Source: a virus (lineage: Duplodnaviria > Caudoviricetes). Taken from it: DNA of 61,684 nt. The DNA lies in the IMG/VR virus record IMGVR_UViG_3300044698_000167, positions 1 through 61,684 of that record; one strand, written 5' to 3'. A model generated the notes under the pieces. The model worked only from the letters and a program-made list of their open reading frames with translations, did no database searches and was not told the DNA's origin. This document shows positions 44,878-54,347 of this stretch, piece by piece (positions within the stretch are counted from its first letter, which is position 1; the number at the start of each line of letters is the position of its first letter). The position numbers and the translations under genes are program-made.

Positions 44878-45875
44878 GACAGCCACGCAGGGTTCGCCAC
44901 GTACCAGCTGACGATGTCTGCCAGGGATTCTTCCAGCGGCCACGTGGGCTTCCACCCGGCCGCCTCCAGCTTGGAGCCGTCCAGGGAGTAGCGCAGGTCA
45001 TGCCCCGGTCTGCTGGCATGGAAGCTGACCAGCTCGTAGTGCAGCGGCTTGCCGAGGATGCCCGCGATGGCCTGCGCCATCCACAGGTTGGACTGCTCGG
45101 TCCCGACGATGTGGAAGCGGGACGGCTCCGTCCAGCCCGGGTACATCTGGGGGGTGTGCTTGTTGGCGATGAAGTCCCACGCGTCGGCGAACTCCCGGGC
45201 GTCGATCCAGTTCCGGGACCCGGGAACGCCCTCCGGCGACGCGTGGATCTGCACGGTCTCGCCCGCTAGCACCTTGCGGATCACCGTGGGGACGAACTTC
45301 TCGCCATCCTGCATCGGGGAGACCAAGTTCATGCAATTGGTGATCACCACAGGCACCCCGAAGGTGCGCCAGTAGCTGAACGCGATCGCCTCCTGCGCCG
45401 CCTTGCTCGCCGCGTACGGGTTCGAGGGGGCGATGGTCTCCCACTCCCGGTGCCTGTGGTCCCCGTACGCGGGGCCGTAGACCTCATCCGTGGACATGTG
45501 AAGGACCATGCGGGGCTTCACCCGCCGGGCGTAGTCCAAGACGTTGGTCATGAGGTCCACGTTGTTGCGGATGAACGGGCCCGGGTAGGCGATGGACCGG
45601 TCCACGTGGGATTCGCTGGCTACGCTCATGATGATGTCCACCGGACCGATCATGGCTTCGGTCACGGTGTCGATGGGTGCGGTCAGGTCGAGCATGACCG
45701 TGGTCACGCGGGACAGGCCGTCCGGCACAGAATCGATGGCAGCCGCGATCCGGGGCGGCACGCCCTTGTGGCGGAACGTCACCGGACACGTCACCGTGTC
45801 GTCTGTGTTGATCAAAAGGTGGCGCAGCACATGGCTGCCCACGAAGCCTGCCGCCCCTGACAACCAGACACGCAT
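44874..45875 (-). CDS. dTDP-glucose 4,6-dehydratase-like (RmlB family)
   Basis: GAAGFVG; ESHVDRSI; STDEVYG; PSNPYAASK; RPGHDLRY. Confidence 0.9.
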   Translation of the reverse strand: MRVWLSGAAGFVGSHVLRHLLINTDDTVTCPVTFRHKGVPPRIAAAIDSVPDGLSRVTTVMLDLTAPIDTVTEAMIGPVDIIMSVASESHVDRSIAYPGPFIRNNVDLMTNVLDYARRVKPRMVLHMSTDEVYGPAYGDHRHREWETIAPSNPYAASKAAQEAIAFSYWRTFGVPVVITNCMNLVSPMQDGEKFVPTVIRKVLAGETVQIHASPEGVPGSRNWIDAREFADAWDFIANKHTPQMYPGWTEPSRFHIVGTEQSNLWMAQAIAGILGKPLHYELVSFHASRPGHDLRYSLDGSKLEAAGWKPTWPLEESLADIVSWYVANPAWLS

Positions 45876-46060
45876 CAGTACACCCCCGGAGCGGTGAATG
45901 CCTCGTGCGCCGCGCGCAGCAGGGCGAACAGCCGGACCGTCTCCGGGGCCGGGTTATCCGCCGACCACGTGGTCACGATCCGGTCCACGTCCGCCGGACT
46001 GAACAGGATCGTGACCTGCTTCAGCCCCGGCTCTGTAAACAAGCTGTCAATATCGGGCAT
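45875..46060 (-). CDS. Small hypothetical protein
   Basis: RBS ggagg; coupled to the dehydratase. Confidence 0.55.
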   Translation of the reverse strand: MPDIDSLFTEPGLKQVTILFSPADVDRIVTTWSADNPAPETVRLFALLRAAHEAFTAPGVY

Positions 46061-46105
46061 CTGTTCCTCCCTCAGTTGTCCCGCGCAGCGTATCCACAAC
46101 GGGCA

Positions 46106-46138
46106 AAGCCCCCGTGCCGTACTGGGGCACGGGGGCTT
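46106..46138 (-). terminator. Intrinsic terminator
   Basis: aagcccccgtgcc / ggcacgggggctt. Confidence 0.65.
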
Positions 46139-46159
46139 GAAGGTCATACAGCGGGCGGG

Positions 46160-46291
46160 TCATTGCTCATCGGGGCTCTCCTCCTTGGGCCGGGTCCATC
46201 CTCCGGTGCTGGCCGCGTACTGGCGTGAGTGCTGCGGCTCGTCCTCGGCGCGCTGCTCGTCGCGGATGGGCATGTCCCTGGGAAGTGGCAC
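46160..46291 (-). CDS. Small hypothetical protein
   Basis: RBS aggag; VPLPRDMPIRDEQ... Confidence 0.4.
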   Translation of the reverse strand: MPLPRDMPIRDEQRAEDEPQHSRQYAASTGGWTRPKEESPDEQ

Positions 46292-46324
46292 GGTGCTGCT
46301 CCTGTCTGGGGCGGGACTGATCGC

Positions 46325-46523
46325 TCACGCGGTCGGCCCCGTCAAAGGATCGATGAGGTCGGCGCAGCTCGCCGGGATGGTGGCCGCGTCCCGTACGGAT
46401 CTGATCCGCGAGCTCGTGCGCGAAGTTGTCAATGACCCGATCCACTGCCTCACACTCGCCCCGGGCGAAGCTCCGGTTGCACGAGCCGCGCATAGTCTCG
46501 TGCAGTTCCTCACGTGCGCTCAT
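46325..46523 (-). pseudogene. Frameshifted AHELA...ADLIDP family gene
   Basis: AHELADQIR and DAATIPASCADLIDP lie in different frames; 35 bp identical to 9147-9181. Confidence 0.55.
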
Positions 46524-46558
46524 CGTTCCTCCGTCGGTTGTCGTCCGTCCAGTTTACC

Positions 46559-47107
46559 TTATTCAGCGGACAGGAGCCGCTCCTGCGCAGCACCCAGTGC
46601 CCGCATCCTGTCCTCCTGCGGAAGCCCCAGCACGTCCAGCGCAGCAGTCAGCGCATCCGCCACCAGACCCCCCTCCATATCCAGGCGGCGCCCCAGGGAC
46701 TCCATCACCCCGGCGTCCACAGCCGCCTTCGCCAGTCGGCCCGCGGTCAGCCGCTCAGAGCGGGACTCCTTCAACCACGGCTTCATCGACGCCGGCGGGT
46801 CCAGCGGGTCACCCCCGTCGGCGATGTGCTTGCGCAGCGCCTCCTCAAGGACCAGGTCCACGTACCCGGCCCGGGACATCGACACGCTGACCAGCTTCAG
46901 CAGCGCGTCAGTGGGGCTCGTCCCCTCGCTCTTCGCCAGCTCCATGGCCTGCTCCCACGCCCTCTCCGACTGCGGCCAGGACCCCCCGTGCACCTCGCAG
47001 TGACCGTGGCCGAAATGCCCGGTCCCCTTGCCCGCAGGATGCGTACACGCAGAGCCGCCCCGGGTCCGTCCAGGACACCGGGGCGAATCGTACTTTCTCT
47101 TTGTCAT
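46559..47107 (-). CDS. Putative terminase small subunit
   Basis: RCPGRTRGGSAC...GHCEVHGG N-terminus and helical C-terminus; upstream of TerL on the same strand. Confidence 0.55.
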   Translation of the reverse strand: MTKRKYDSPRCPGRTRGGSACTHPAGKGTGHFGHGHCEVHGGSWPQSERAWEQAMELAKSEGTSPTDALLKLVSVSMSRAGYVDLVLEEALRKHIADGGDPLDPPASMKPWLKESRSERLTAGRLAKAAVDAGVMESLGRRLDMEGGLVADALTAALDVLGLPQEDRMRALGAAQERLLSAE

Positions 47108-47223
47108 CGCAGGTCAGGGTCTCGCGCGTTACCGGCTACGTTCCGACAGCCGGGCCAGCGCAACCCCCAGCGACGCGCCGACGGCACCGCTCGCCAGACC
47201 TGCGTAGAAGATCAGCCACATGC

Positions 47224-47757
47224 TCATGCACCCTCACCTTCCCTCTGTGCCACGTCCGGCCACGCCACGCTGTCCAGGGACGCACGCTGCGCCTGCGGAA
47301 GTGTGACGACCGGAAGCCCCAGATGATCCATCCCCATGGCCAGCAGCCACCAGGCGTCGCACTGATTGTCGTCGGCGAACTCCCGCCCGGCACGCTTGTA
47401 CGCGGCCATTCCCATGGCCATCTTGTCAGCGCCTTTCTTCCCGGTGGCGTAGACCTTCAGCGTGGACGGGTTCACCACCGCGTACGGCACCCCGAGGTCC
47501 AGCAAGGCCGTGCGCACCGCGCCGTGAACCATGTGGATCGCCTTGATCGCCGGACCCTTCAGCCCCGGGGGCGCCTCCTCCACCACAGCCAGGTCCACGC
47601 CGTTCAGCCCGGCCGCGCCCACGACAGCGTTCCGGATCACGGCCAGCCGTCCGTCCCCGCCCTTCGCGTCCGTCGTGACAGTCCGCGCGTGGCCGTCCGG
47701 AAGACAGATCCCGGTAGCGGTCATCGACAGGTCCAGCCCCAGCACCTTCAGCGTCAT
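47224..47757 (-). CDS. RuvC-like Holliday junction resolvase
   Basis: VLGLDLSMTATG...VVEE...PSTLKVYATGKKGADK...DDNQCDA. Confidence 0.88.
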   Translation of the reverse strand: MTLKVLGLDLSMTATGICLPDGHARTVTTDAKGGDGRLAVIRNAVVGAAGLNGVDLAVVEEAPPGLKGPAIKAIHMVHGAVRTALLDLGVPYAVVNPSTLKVYATGKKGADKMAMGMAAYKRAGREFADDNQCDAWWLLAMGMDHLGLPVVTLPQAQRASLDSVAWPDVAQREGEGA

Positions 47758-47984
47758 GCTTCCTCCGTCATCAGATCCGACACTTCCTGCATCCCGTCCA
47801 GGGACGATGCCACCTGGACCAGTCCCAGGGCTGCCTTCGCGAGGCTTCGCGCCTCCTCCGTCCACGGCCCCGGGCGGGTGCCCACGGCCTGGCTGAAAGA
47901 GGCCGCTTCATCTTGCAGCCGGGCAGCGTCACGGGCCAGCCGACGGGACTGCCGGTTGATCCACCGCTCGGCTGCTGTGGCCAC
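47754..47984 (-). CDS. Hypothetical protein
   Basis: ATGA-coupled to RuvC. Confidence 0.5.
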   Translation of the reverse strand: MATAAERWINRQSRRLARDAARLQDEAASFSQAVGTRPGPWTEEARSLAKAALGLVQVASSLDGMQEVSDLMTEEA

Positions 47985-48104
47985 GGGTCAGCCCACCCGC
48001 TCCGCAGCGATAGCGAGGTACACCACGAGGACCGCTACCATCGACGCCCCCGCGATACACCGCACCGCCTCACGCTGCCTGCGTACCTGTCGGTCCACGG
48101 GGGA

Positions 48105-48299
48105 TCAGCCGATCCGGGTAACGGACCTGCGGCCCCGCCGCGCGAGCAGGTAGACCGGGGTCCACAGGCCCATCGTGCAGACCATCATCACGAAGTGGAA
48201 CGTCCCCGCGATCCAGCCCATGGGCCGGTACGTGACCGAGTAGCGGGGCGGCAGGGCTGCGGTGGTCTTGTCCCACCGGGCGTACTGGTCCTGGCTCAT
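48105..48299 (-). CDS. Small membrane protein
   Basis: gacggaggacgcATG; HFVMMVCTMGLWTPVY. Confidence 0.6.
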   Translation of the reverse strand: MSQDQYARWDKTTAALPPRYSVTYRPMGWIAGTFHFVMMVCTMGLWTPVYLLARRGRRSVTRIG

Positions 48300-48340
48300 G
48301 CGTCCTCCGTCTGTGCTGGTTTTGTTAAAGCGTATCAGTA

Positions 48341-50191
48341 TCACCTGCCCAGGTAGCACGCAGCCCAGTCGGCCCCGGGTGCGGACACGTCGGCGAGGAT
48401 CGGCACACCCCTGAACTCGAACGTCATCGCGTCCTTCAGCCCCTGCGTCACCTCATCCACCCGGTCCACGGGCACGTCGACGATCACCTCATCGTGGACC
48501 ACAGCCCTGAACATGGACATGACCCCGGGAATCCGCTCAGCCATCCGGAGCAGCCCCGTGGTCATGATGTCCCGGGCGCAGCCCTGGCCAGCGAGCGCAG
48601 GCGCCTGCGTCCAGGCGCGCTCCGGATCGCAGCGCATCTTCCGGCCGAAGCCGTTGTCGATCAGCTGGCCTGCCGCGCCCTGCGCCCGCACCGCGTCCCG
48701 CCAGGCGCACAGCAGCGGGAACCGCTCGGTCATCGACCGGTCGAACCGCTGGACCTCCTCCAGCGGGATGCCCGTGGACTCCGAGATGGCCCGGACGGAG
48801 CGGCCGTAGTTCCACCCGTGGCCGATCGGCTTCGCATCCTCGCGCCGGGCCGCATCCCCGAAGACCTGAAGCGCGATCTCTGTGTGCGCGTCCTTGCCCG
48901 GCCCGAACAGGTCCAGATACGCGGGGTCCTGCGACAGGGCGGCCAGTGCGCGCATGTCCACCTGCGCGAAGTCGGCCGCGATCAGGACGTGGCCTTCGTC
49001 GGGGAGGAACACCGCGCGCTGGACCACCTTGCCGCCCCGCTTGCCCAGGTTGGTGATGGACGGGCGGGTCATGGCCCAGCGGCCCGACGCCTGGTCTTCG
49101 CCGATGCCCCCGTGCACCCGTCCGTCCCGGGCGAACCGGGCGATCTCCGCATACTTGGCGCTGGCCCCGGTCACCTCCCCGACCAGCTCGCAGATGCGCC
49201 TGACCCCCGGCAGGTGGCCGTACGCGCGCAGCATGCCGGGGGTCTTCTTCGCATCGCGCCCCCTGCCGACGAAGTAGAACCCCTCCCCCAGAGCGTCTGA
49301 GGACGTCGCCAGCGTCCCCGTAGCGGTCTTCGGGTAGTGCGGGGCGCCTGCCGCCTGAAAGGCGCTCACGAGGGCAGCCCTGCCCTCGGTGGTGGCAAGC
49401 GGGGCCAGCACCGGTTCGTCCGTCGTGGTCTTCGCCGCGCCGCGCCCCCGGCTCACGGCCTTGGTGAGCGGGACCCCGTACTCACTGCCGAGGACCTCCA
49501 GCGCAGCCCGGCGCCGGGTCTCCTCCTGCGCCACGCGCTGCGCCAGCAGGGGCTCGTCCACCCGCCAGCCGCTCAGCGTCATCCGGTTCTGGATCGCCGC
49601 AACCTTCATCTCCCGCCGGGCGTAGTCGTCCAGGTTCCCGGCCAGCGCCCCGTAGACGGCACGCGTCGCCTCCAGGTCGCCGTGCAGGTACGCGATGTAC
49701 CGGGGATCGTCCACGGGGATCAGCGCGTAGCCGAACGCCACGCGCTGCGCACGGGTCAGCTTGGCGCCCGTCACCGGGTCTGTGAGCGGGGCGAACTGGA
49801 GAGCCAGCGCCTTCAGGTCATCGCTCTTGCCCGCCACGCCGCAGCGCTGCGCCACCGCGTCCAGGGAGTAGTACCCCGGCCGCATGCCCTTGGCGGAGGG
49901 CGGGTCGGCGAGACGGGCCAGGACCGCGGTGTCCACGGTCTTGGCCGCGAGCGCGTCGTAGTCGGCGCCGCAGTGGCGTGCCAGGGCGGGCAGGTCGAAG
50001 CGGAACACGTTGTGCCCCACGATCATCTTCGCCCGGGTCAGGAAGTCCAGCAGCGCAGCCGGGTCCGGCGTGGTCCCGGCCGGTCCGTCGGCCGCGGCAC
50101 CGCACAGCCGGACGAACGGGCCCGCGTGGCCCCAGGTGTACAGGAGCTCGGCCGACGCACCCTCGATGTCGAAGTATCCGATGTCTGCCAC
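48341..50191 (-). CDS. DNA polymerase, family A, with 3'-5' exonuclease
   Basis: FDIE; GHNVFRFD; ADFAQVDMR (motif A); REDAKPIGHGWNYG (B); VHDE (C). Confidence 0.93.
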   Translation of the reverse strand: MADIGYFDIEGASAELLYTWGHAGPFVRLCGAAADGPAGTTPDPAALLDFLTRAKMIVGHNVFRFDLPALARHCGADYDALAAKTVDTAVLARLADPPSAKGMRPGYYSLDAVAQRCGVAGKSDDLKALALQFAPLTDPVTGAKLTRAQRVAFGYALIPVDDPRYIAYLHGDLEATRAVYGALAGNLDDYARREMKVAAIQNRMTLSGWRVDEPLLAQRVAQEETRRRAALEVLGSEYGVPLTKAVSRGRGAAKTTTDEPVLAPLATTEGRAALVSAFQAAGAPHYPKTATGTLATSSDALGEGFYFVGRGRDAKKTPGMLRAYGHLPGVRRICELVGEVTGASAKYAEIARFARDGRVHGGIGEDQASGRWAMTRPSITNLGKRGGKVVQRAVFLPDEGHVLIAADFAQVDMRALAALSQDPAYLDLFGPGKDAHTEIALQVFGDAARREDAKPIGHGWNYGRSVRAISESTGIPLEEVQRFDRSMTERFPLLCAWRDAVRAQGAAGQLIDNGFGRKMRCDPERAWTQAPALAGQGCARDIMTTGLLRMAERIPGVMSMFRAVVHDEVIVDVPVDRVDEVTQGLKDAMTFEFRGVPILADVSAPGADWAACYLGR

Positions 50192-50194
50192 GGT

Positions 50195-50500
50195 TCACGC
50201 CCCGGCGCGCTGCGCTGAACGCTTCAGCACCCACGCCACGTTCTCAGGCCGGTTGTCGTACATGCTGCCGCTGAGGTTCTTGCACCAGTGGTCCGGAGAC
50301 GGGCGGGGGCCGTGGAACGCGGTGCAGACCACTTCGCCCACAGGGACGGACTTCCGACCGTCTGCGGCGCCCCGCGAACAGGGGACGAACAGGGAGTTAC
50401 GGCGCCGCGACCGTTTCAGCGGCTGTCCGGAGGGGCCGTGGACTGTGCCGTCATCCGACACGGTCAGGCCGGGGAACCCGGGTGCGGGACGTGGGTTCAC
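50195..50500 (-). CDS. Degenerate NUMOD4/HNH-like protein
   Basis: PGFPGLTVSDDG...VCTAFHGPRP...DNRPENVAW; the expected His residues are absent. Confidence 0.6.
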   Translation of the reverse strand: MNPRPAPGFPGLTVSDDGTVHGPSGQPLKRSRRRNSLFVPCSRGAADGRKSVPVGEVVCTAFHGPRPSPDHWCKNLSGSMYDNRPENVAWVLKRSAQRAGA

Positions 50501-50631
50501 CGGCCCAGCTCCTTCAGGACCAACTGCCGGATCAGTCCGGCCACGGTGACATCGCGGGCTGCGGCCAGCAGCCGCAGCCCGCGTCGCTCTTCCGGAGCCA
50601 GGTAGGTACTCACTCGCACGTGTTCAGCCAT
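50497..50631 (-). CDS. Ribbon-helix-helix (CopG-like) protein, 44 aa
   Basis: VRVSTYL..EE...LRLLAAARDVTVAGLIR; GTGA overlap. Confidence 0.6.
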   Translation of the reverse strand: MAEHVRVSTYLAPEERRGLRLLAAARDVTVAGLIRQLVLKELGR

Positions 50632-50654
50632 AGGCCAATGGTACCACTTGCCGG

Positions 50655-53048
50655 TTAGTCCCGGTAGAAGTCGAACCCTCCCGGGTCGTCCGTCACTCTG
50701 GGTGACACAGGGCCGGGGGCGGCCTCCGGAGTGGGCAGAGTGTGGGCGGTGTGGAAAGTGTGGGGGTCTCCCAGGGAACCCATATGCCTCGCTGAATCAA
50801 CGCCACTCTCTTCAAGATCATTAACTTTTGAGTCGCGTACGTATGGTTTATACAGTCCGTTCCCCACACTCGGCACACCGCCCACACCCTCCTTTACCTT
50901 AATCGTGTCCGAGTCCGTACCAGTATCCGTCTCAGTGTCCGCTTTGTCGGTGTGGGAATCGGTGTTCGAAAGCTTGTTCGGTGTGAGTTCTACCGGTGTG
51001 GGTTCACACCCCGGTGTGACATTGAGACCCACGTTCTTGTTCTCGTGCCGGAGCCTCACTTCCCCCACCCCGCTCACGCTCCGCAACCGCTCGATGAACT
51101 TGCGGGCGGACATAGAACCGGACGAATCCTCGTCTTTCGCCCACGCCTTGAACAGCTCGTGCAAAGTGGACTTCTTCGTCCCCCGGTCCGGTCCCACGAG
51201 CCTCCCCGCGGCATCCGGGTGCACCGTGCACTTCTCGCTGACCCACAGCGCCACCCTGTCCGAGCGGGTCTCGAACTCCCGCATCACGCGGGAGTCAGTC
51301 GGCAGGTACCCGCCGCGCCCCGCGTACCGCTGCCACGCAGCCACCCACCGGACCAAGATCCCCGGCAGCTCCTCCCGGACCATCCGGTCTTCGATGCCGG
51401 GGTCCTCCCTGCCTGTGAAGGAGTACGGGAACTCGAACGGCTTGACCCTGTTCGCGTACGCCCGGGACGCCTCGCTCACAGTCGGCAGCTCGTTCGCGCT
51501 GAAGGCGAACAGCGCCTGGTTGGTGAAGGTGAACTCCTTCCCGTACTTGCGGTTGGCGTGGATCATGTCTTCGCCCGTCAGCATCTTGAACACGCTCATG
51601 TCCGCGACGTGCTTGGCCGACAGGTCCGCGGCCACGTTGAGCATCCGCTGGTACAGGTTGGCCGCGGCGAACCTGTCGTCGGACAGCTGGTGCAGTGTGA
51701 CCGCGGAAGTGTTCTCCGCCCCCGCGACCCTGCCCATGAGGCGCAGGTACGTGGACTTCCCCGAGTGGCTGGGCCCGAACAGGAACACCGCCTTGCCCGG
51801 CGTGGCGGACGGGTCCAGCATCAGCGACGCAGACTCCTCCAGGTCCTCCAGCTGGTCCGGGATCACTGACGCAGCCCAGTCCAGGTATCCGGGGCACACC
51901 GCGTCGGCGTCCCACGCCACCGGGATCTGCGTGACCGACAGGAAGGCCGGGTCGTGCGGGAGCAGCTCGCCGGTGCGCAGGTCAAGCATCCCGTTGCGGC
52001 AGTTGAGCACGGGCGCGTCCATCCGCTCCGGCAGCCTGGTCCCGCTCTCTGCCAACCGGCCGATCAGCACTTCCTCGATCGTGGTCCGCCAGTTCGGCCG
52101 GTACTCCTCGCCCAGCTTGCTCTGGACCACAGCGAACAGCTGCTCGCGCCCCCGGTCGATGATGTACCGCCCGTCCCGGTACAGCGCCACCATGGACCCG
52201 TGGGCGAGCGCAGCAGGCTGTCCCTCCAGCACGGCAGACGCAGCCGTCTGCGCCAGCAGCGACCCTTTCTCGTTGAACAGGACCGCCGCGTTCCCGGACT
52301 TCTTCCGGGCAGGCGCACGGCCAACCGACTTCTTCGCCTGTTCGGCGATGCGGCGCAGGTACGGTGTCCGCTTGGCTGCGTCCCGGCGCCCCAGGACGTC
52401 GTCCAGTCCCTCCTTCGCACGCGCCCCGGCCAGCCGCGCGAACACCACGGACCCGGCGCCCTCGGCGTCCAGCGCCTCCTTCAGCCCGGTGGCCGCTTCC
52501 CACACGTCCCGGTTGGTGGTCACGTCCGCGTCGAACAGGCAGACGATGCGCCGGTCCTCGGCCCAGGACAGGTCTGTGCCGGACCAGTTCCGGCACCCGG
52601 GCACCGCGACCACGCCCCAGCCCTCGGGGGCCCACACAGCGGCAGCCAGTCCCTGCTTGGTGCCTTCCACGAACAGGACCGGCTCGCCCTCTCCCGCACG
52701 GCGCAGATGCCCGAGGAACGTACCGCTGCCACCGGGCTGGACGTACTTGTGCAGTTCCCCGTCCGCGTCCTTCGCAGGCACGTCGGGGCGGAACTGGATC
52801 ACGGTCCTGTCCAGATCCCGCCATTCGAAGAGCATGCCGGGGCTCTTGACCCACTTGCGGTGGATCTCCGGCGGCACGTGGTCGGGGTGGCGTACCGCCT
52901 TCACCCCGTACCGCAGTGCGTCCGCCAGCGGGATGGCGCCTTCGTCCAGCAGCCGCAGGGACTCAGGAGTGAACTCGTTCCCCAGTGCGTCCAGTACGCG
53001 GTCCTGTGCCCCGTCCACGTGGCCGTTGGCTTCGATAACATGTGTCAT
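50655..53048 (-). CDS. Primase (TOPRIM) - SF3/D5-like helicase, P4 alpha-like
   Basis: FVEGTKQ; FDAD; GLDD; NCRNGMLDL; GPSHSGKST; FSANELP. Confidence 0.9.
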   Translation of the reverse strand: MTHVIEANGHVDGAQDRVLDALGNEFTPESLRLLDEGAIPLADALRYGVKAVRHPDHVPPEIHRKWVKSPGMLFEWRDLDRTVIQFRPDVPAKDADGELHKYVQPGGSGTFLGHLRRAGEGEPVLFVEGTKQGLAAAVWAPEGWGVVAVPGCRNWSGTDLSWAEDRRIVCLFDADVTTNRDVWEAATGLKEALDAEGAGSVVFARLAGARAKEGLDDVLGRRDAAKRTPYLRRIAEQAKKSVGRAPARKKSGNAAVLFNEKGSLLAQTAASAVLEGQPAALAHGSMVALYRDGRYIIDRGREQLFAVVQSKLGEEYRPNWRTTIEEVLIGRLAESGTRLPERMDAPVLNCRNGMLDLRTGELLPHDPAFLSVTQIPVAWDADAVCPGYLDWAASVIPDQLEDLEESASLMLDPSATPGKAVFLFGPSHSGKSTYLRLMGRVAGAENTSAVTLHQLSDDRFAAANLYQRMLNVAADLSAKHVADMSVFKMLTGEDMIHANRKYGKEFTFTNQALFAFSANELPTVSEASRAYANRVKPFEFPYSFTGREDPGIEDRMVREELPGILVRWVAAWQRYAGRGGYLPTDSRVMREFETRSDRVALWVSEKCTVHPDAAGRLVGPDRGTKKSTLHELFKAWAKDEDSSGSMSARKFIERLRSVSGVGEVRLRHENKNVGLNVTPGCEPTPVELTPNKLSNTDSHTDKADTETDTGTDSDTIKVKEGVGGVPSVGNGLYKPYVRDSKVNDLEESGVDSARHMGSLGDPHTFHTAHTLPTPEAAPGPVSPRVTDDPGGFDFYRD
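50735..50888. repeat. Origin-like element, copy B, inside the 3' end of the primase gene
   Basis: Inverted homolog of 24845-25002. Confidence 0.8.
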
Positions 53049-53143
53049 TGGCGACTCACTCTCGCTCGTGCCCCCGGGGCCGGCCCACGGTCGCCGGGGG
53101 TTTCTCTTTCCAGGGGAGTTCAGCGTACGGATCAGGAGTCCCC

Positions 53144-53596
53144 TCAGCCGCACTCCCCGAACTCGAACCGCGCGCTGCGCGCCGCGGTCAGTGCCGCTGC
53201 CACCCGGGGTGCCGGGCCCGGCGTCCACCGGGTGACCACGTCCACCGCCGTGCCGTCCTGCACGGCGAATGCACGGGCGGCCAGGGACGGTCCCGTCCGG
53301 GGGATGTCCCCGGTCAGCACCAGCGTGACGTACCCGTGGGCTTTGGCCTCTACCGCGAACTCACGGACCTTGGCCAGGTCCTGCCCCGACGGCTGCGCCC
53401 CCTTGATCTCAAGGAAGATCTTCAGCTCGGGCAGGTGGAAGTCGGGCAGGTACCGTGCTCCGGAGGGCAGCGTGTACCCCTGCTGTTCGTACGCCCACGC
53501 GATGCCGAGGTGGTCGAGGAAGACGGCTGTGCGGGCCTCGGTCCTCGACCGGAAGCGGCACCCCGCGTAGCGGGTCTGGATCGGTTGGATGGTCAC
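53144..53596 (-). CDS. PD-(D/E)XK nuclease-like protein
   Basis: TRYAGCRFRSRTEAR...YE...YLPDF...EIKG. Confidence 0.8.
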   Translation of the reverse strand: MTIQPIQTRYAGCRFRSRTEARTAVFLDHLGIAWAYEQQGYTLPSGARYLPDFHLPELKIFLEIKGAQPSGQDLAKVREFAVEAKAHGYVTLVLTGDIPRTGPSLAARAFAVQDGTAVDVVTRWTPGPAPRVAAALTAARSARFEFGECG

Positions 53597-53835
53597 GTGA
53601 AGCACTCCGGGTCATCGGCGTCCGTGCAGTAGCAGGTCCGGCTGCCCTGGTCGCTGCCGTTGTCCGGGAACAGGCAGCGCTCAAGCAGGCAGACGTGCCC
53701 CAGCTCCCACGGGTGCCCCTCCAACAGGTCGCATCCGTGGGAGAGGAAGCAGACGGGACACTCGTCCAGGCCGTGTCCGCCCCAGGCGTCGGCCCCTCCG
53801 GCTGGGTAATCGCCTTGTCCGTCGGGGTTGCTCAC
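53593..53835 (-). CDS. Cys-rich hypothetical protein
   Basis: RBS aagga; GTGA overlap. Confidence 0.45.
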   Translation of the reverse strand: MSNPDGQGDYPAGGADAWGGHGLDECPVCFLSHGCDLLEGHPWELGHVCLLERCLFPDNGSDQGSRTCYCTDADDPECFT

Positions 53836-53854
53836 GATGCGGTCCTTTCCTGGT

Positions 53855-54040
53855 TCATGGCCTGTACGTCTCGTTCCACAGGTTCCGGTAGTCCTCCGGG
53901 CTCATCTGGCCGTTAGCTACCGCGCGGCGGTCCATCCTCCGTGCTGCTGCCTCTACCTCCTTCAGATCGCTGCTCTCCAGATAGATGCGAAGGTCGTAGA
54001 GGTCGTGGTCTGTGATTCCCCCGGGGTACCGGAACCTCAC
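53855..54040 (-). CDS. Small hypothetical protein
   Basis: GTGA coupling. Confidence 0.5.
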   Translation of the reverse strand: MRFRYPGGITDHDLYDLRIYLESSDLKEVEAAARRMDRRAVANGQMSPEDYRNLWNETYRP

Positions 54041-54252
54041 GACGCGACCCGTTCCTGGTTCACAGCCGCGTCCGCTCCGGGCACCGTGGCCCGGTCCAGT
54101 TCGTCAGCGTCGATCCGTACGCGGCTGCGTCCGTGCACCAGGTGCCGGGTCAGGGTTCCGTCCGCCAGCCACCGGGCCACGGTGCGCAGGTGCACGTCGG
54201 CTCTGTCTGCTGCCTGGTGGCGTGTCAGCCAGGTCTTCGTCTGTGTCTCCAT
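54037..54252 (-). CDS. MerR/excisionase-like HTH DNA-binding protein
   Basis: WLTRHQAADRADVHLRTVARWLADGTL...VRIDADELD. Confidence 0.8.
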   Translation of the reverse strand: METQTKTWLTRHQAADRADVHLRTVARWLADGTLTRHLVHGRSRVRIDADELDRATVPGADAAVNQERVAS

Positions 54253-54282
54253 GCCCGGGAACATAGCACCAATTGCCACCTG

Positions 54283-54313
54283 TTGACACTCATCGCCACC
54301 CCCGTGATATAGT
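54283..54313 (+). promoter_or_regulatory. Promoter in the divergent intergenic region
   Basis: TTGACA 54283-54288 and extended -10 TGa-TATAGT 54305-54313 (19-nt spacer). Confidence 0.55.
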
Positions 54314-54347
54314 TCAATCAGCAGCACAGACCGATGGCGGAGGACCG

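Noticed and set aside
39505-45875. Sugar cluster as host contamination
   Set aside because: It is embedded between phage genes, translationally coupled, and interleaved with ORFs carrying the phage start-associated motif.
50731-53235. Long antisense ORFs (834 aa here; also 1492..3816, 26505..28475, 29502..31442, 55313..57274)
   Set aside because: Shadow frames of real high-GC genes, with no motifs or RBS.
54037-54252. Excisionase implying an integrative prophage or AICE
   Set aside because: No integrase or att pair is recognisable. MerR-like HTH proteins are common phage regulators.
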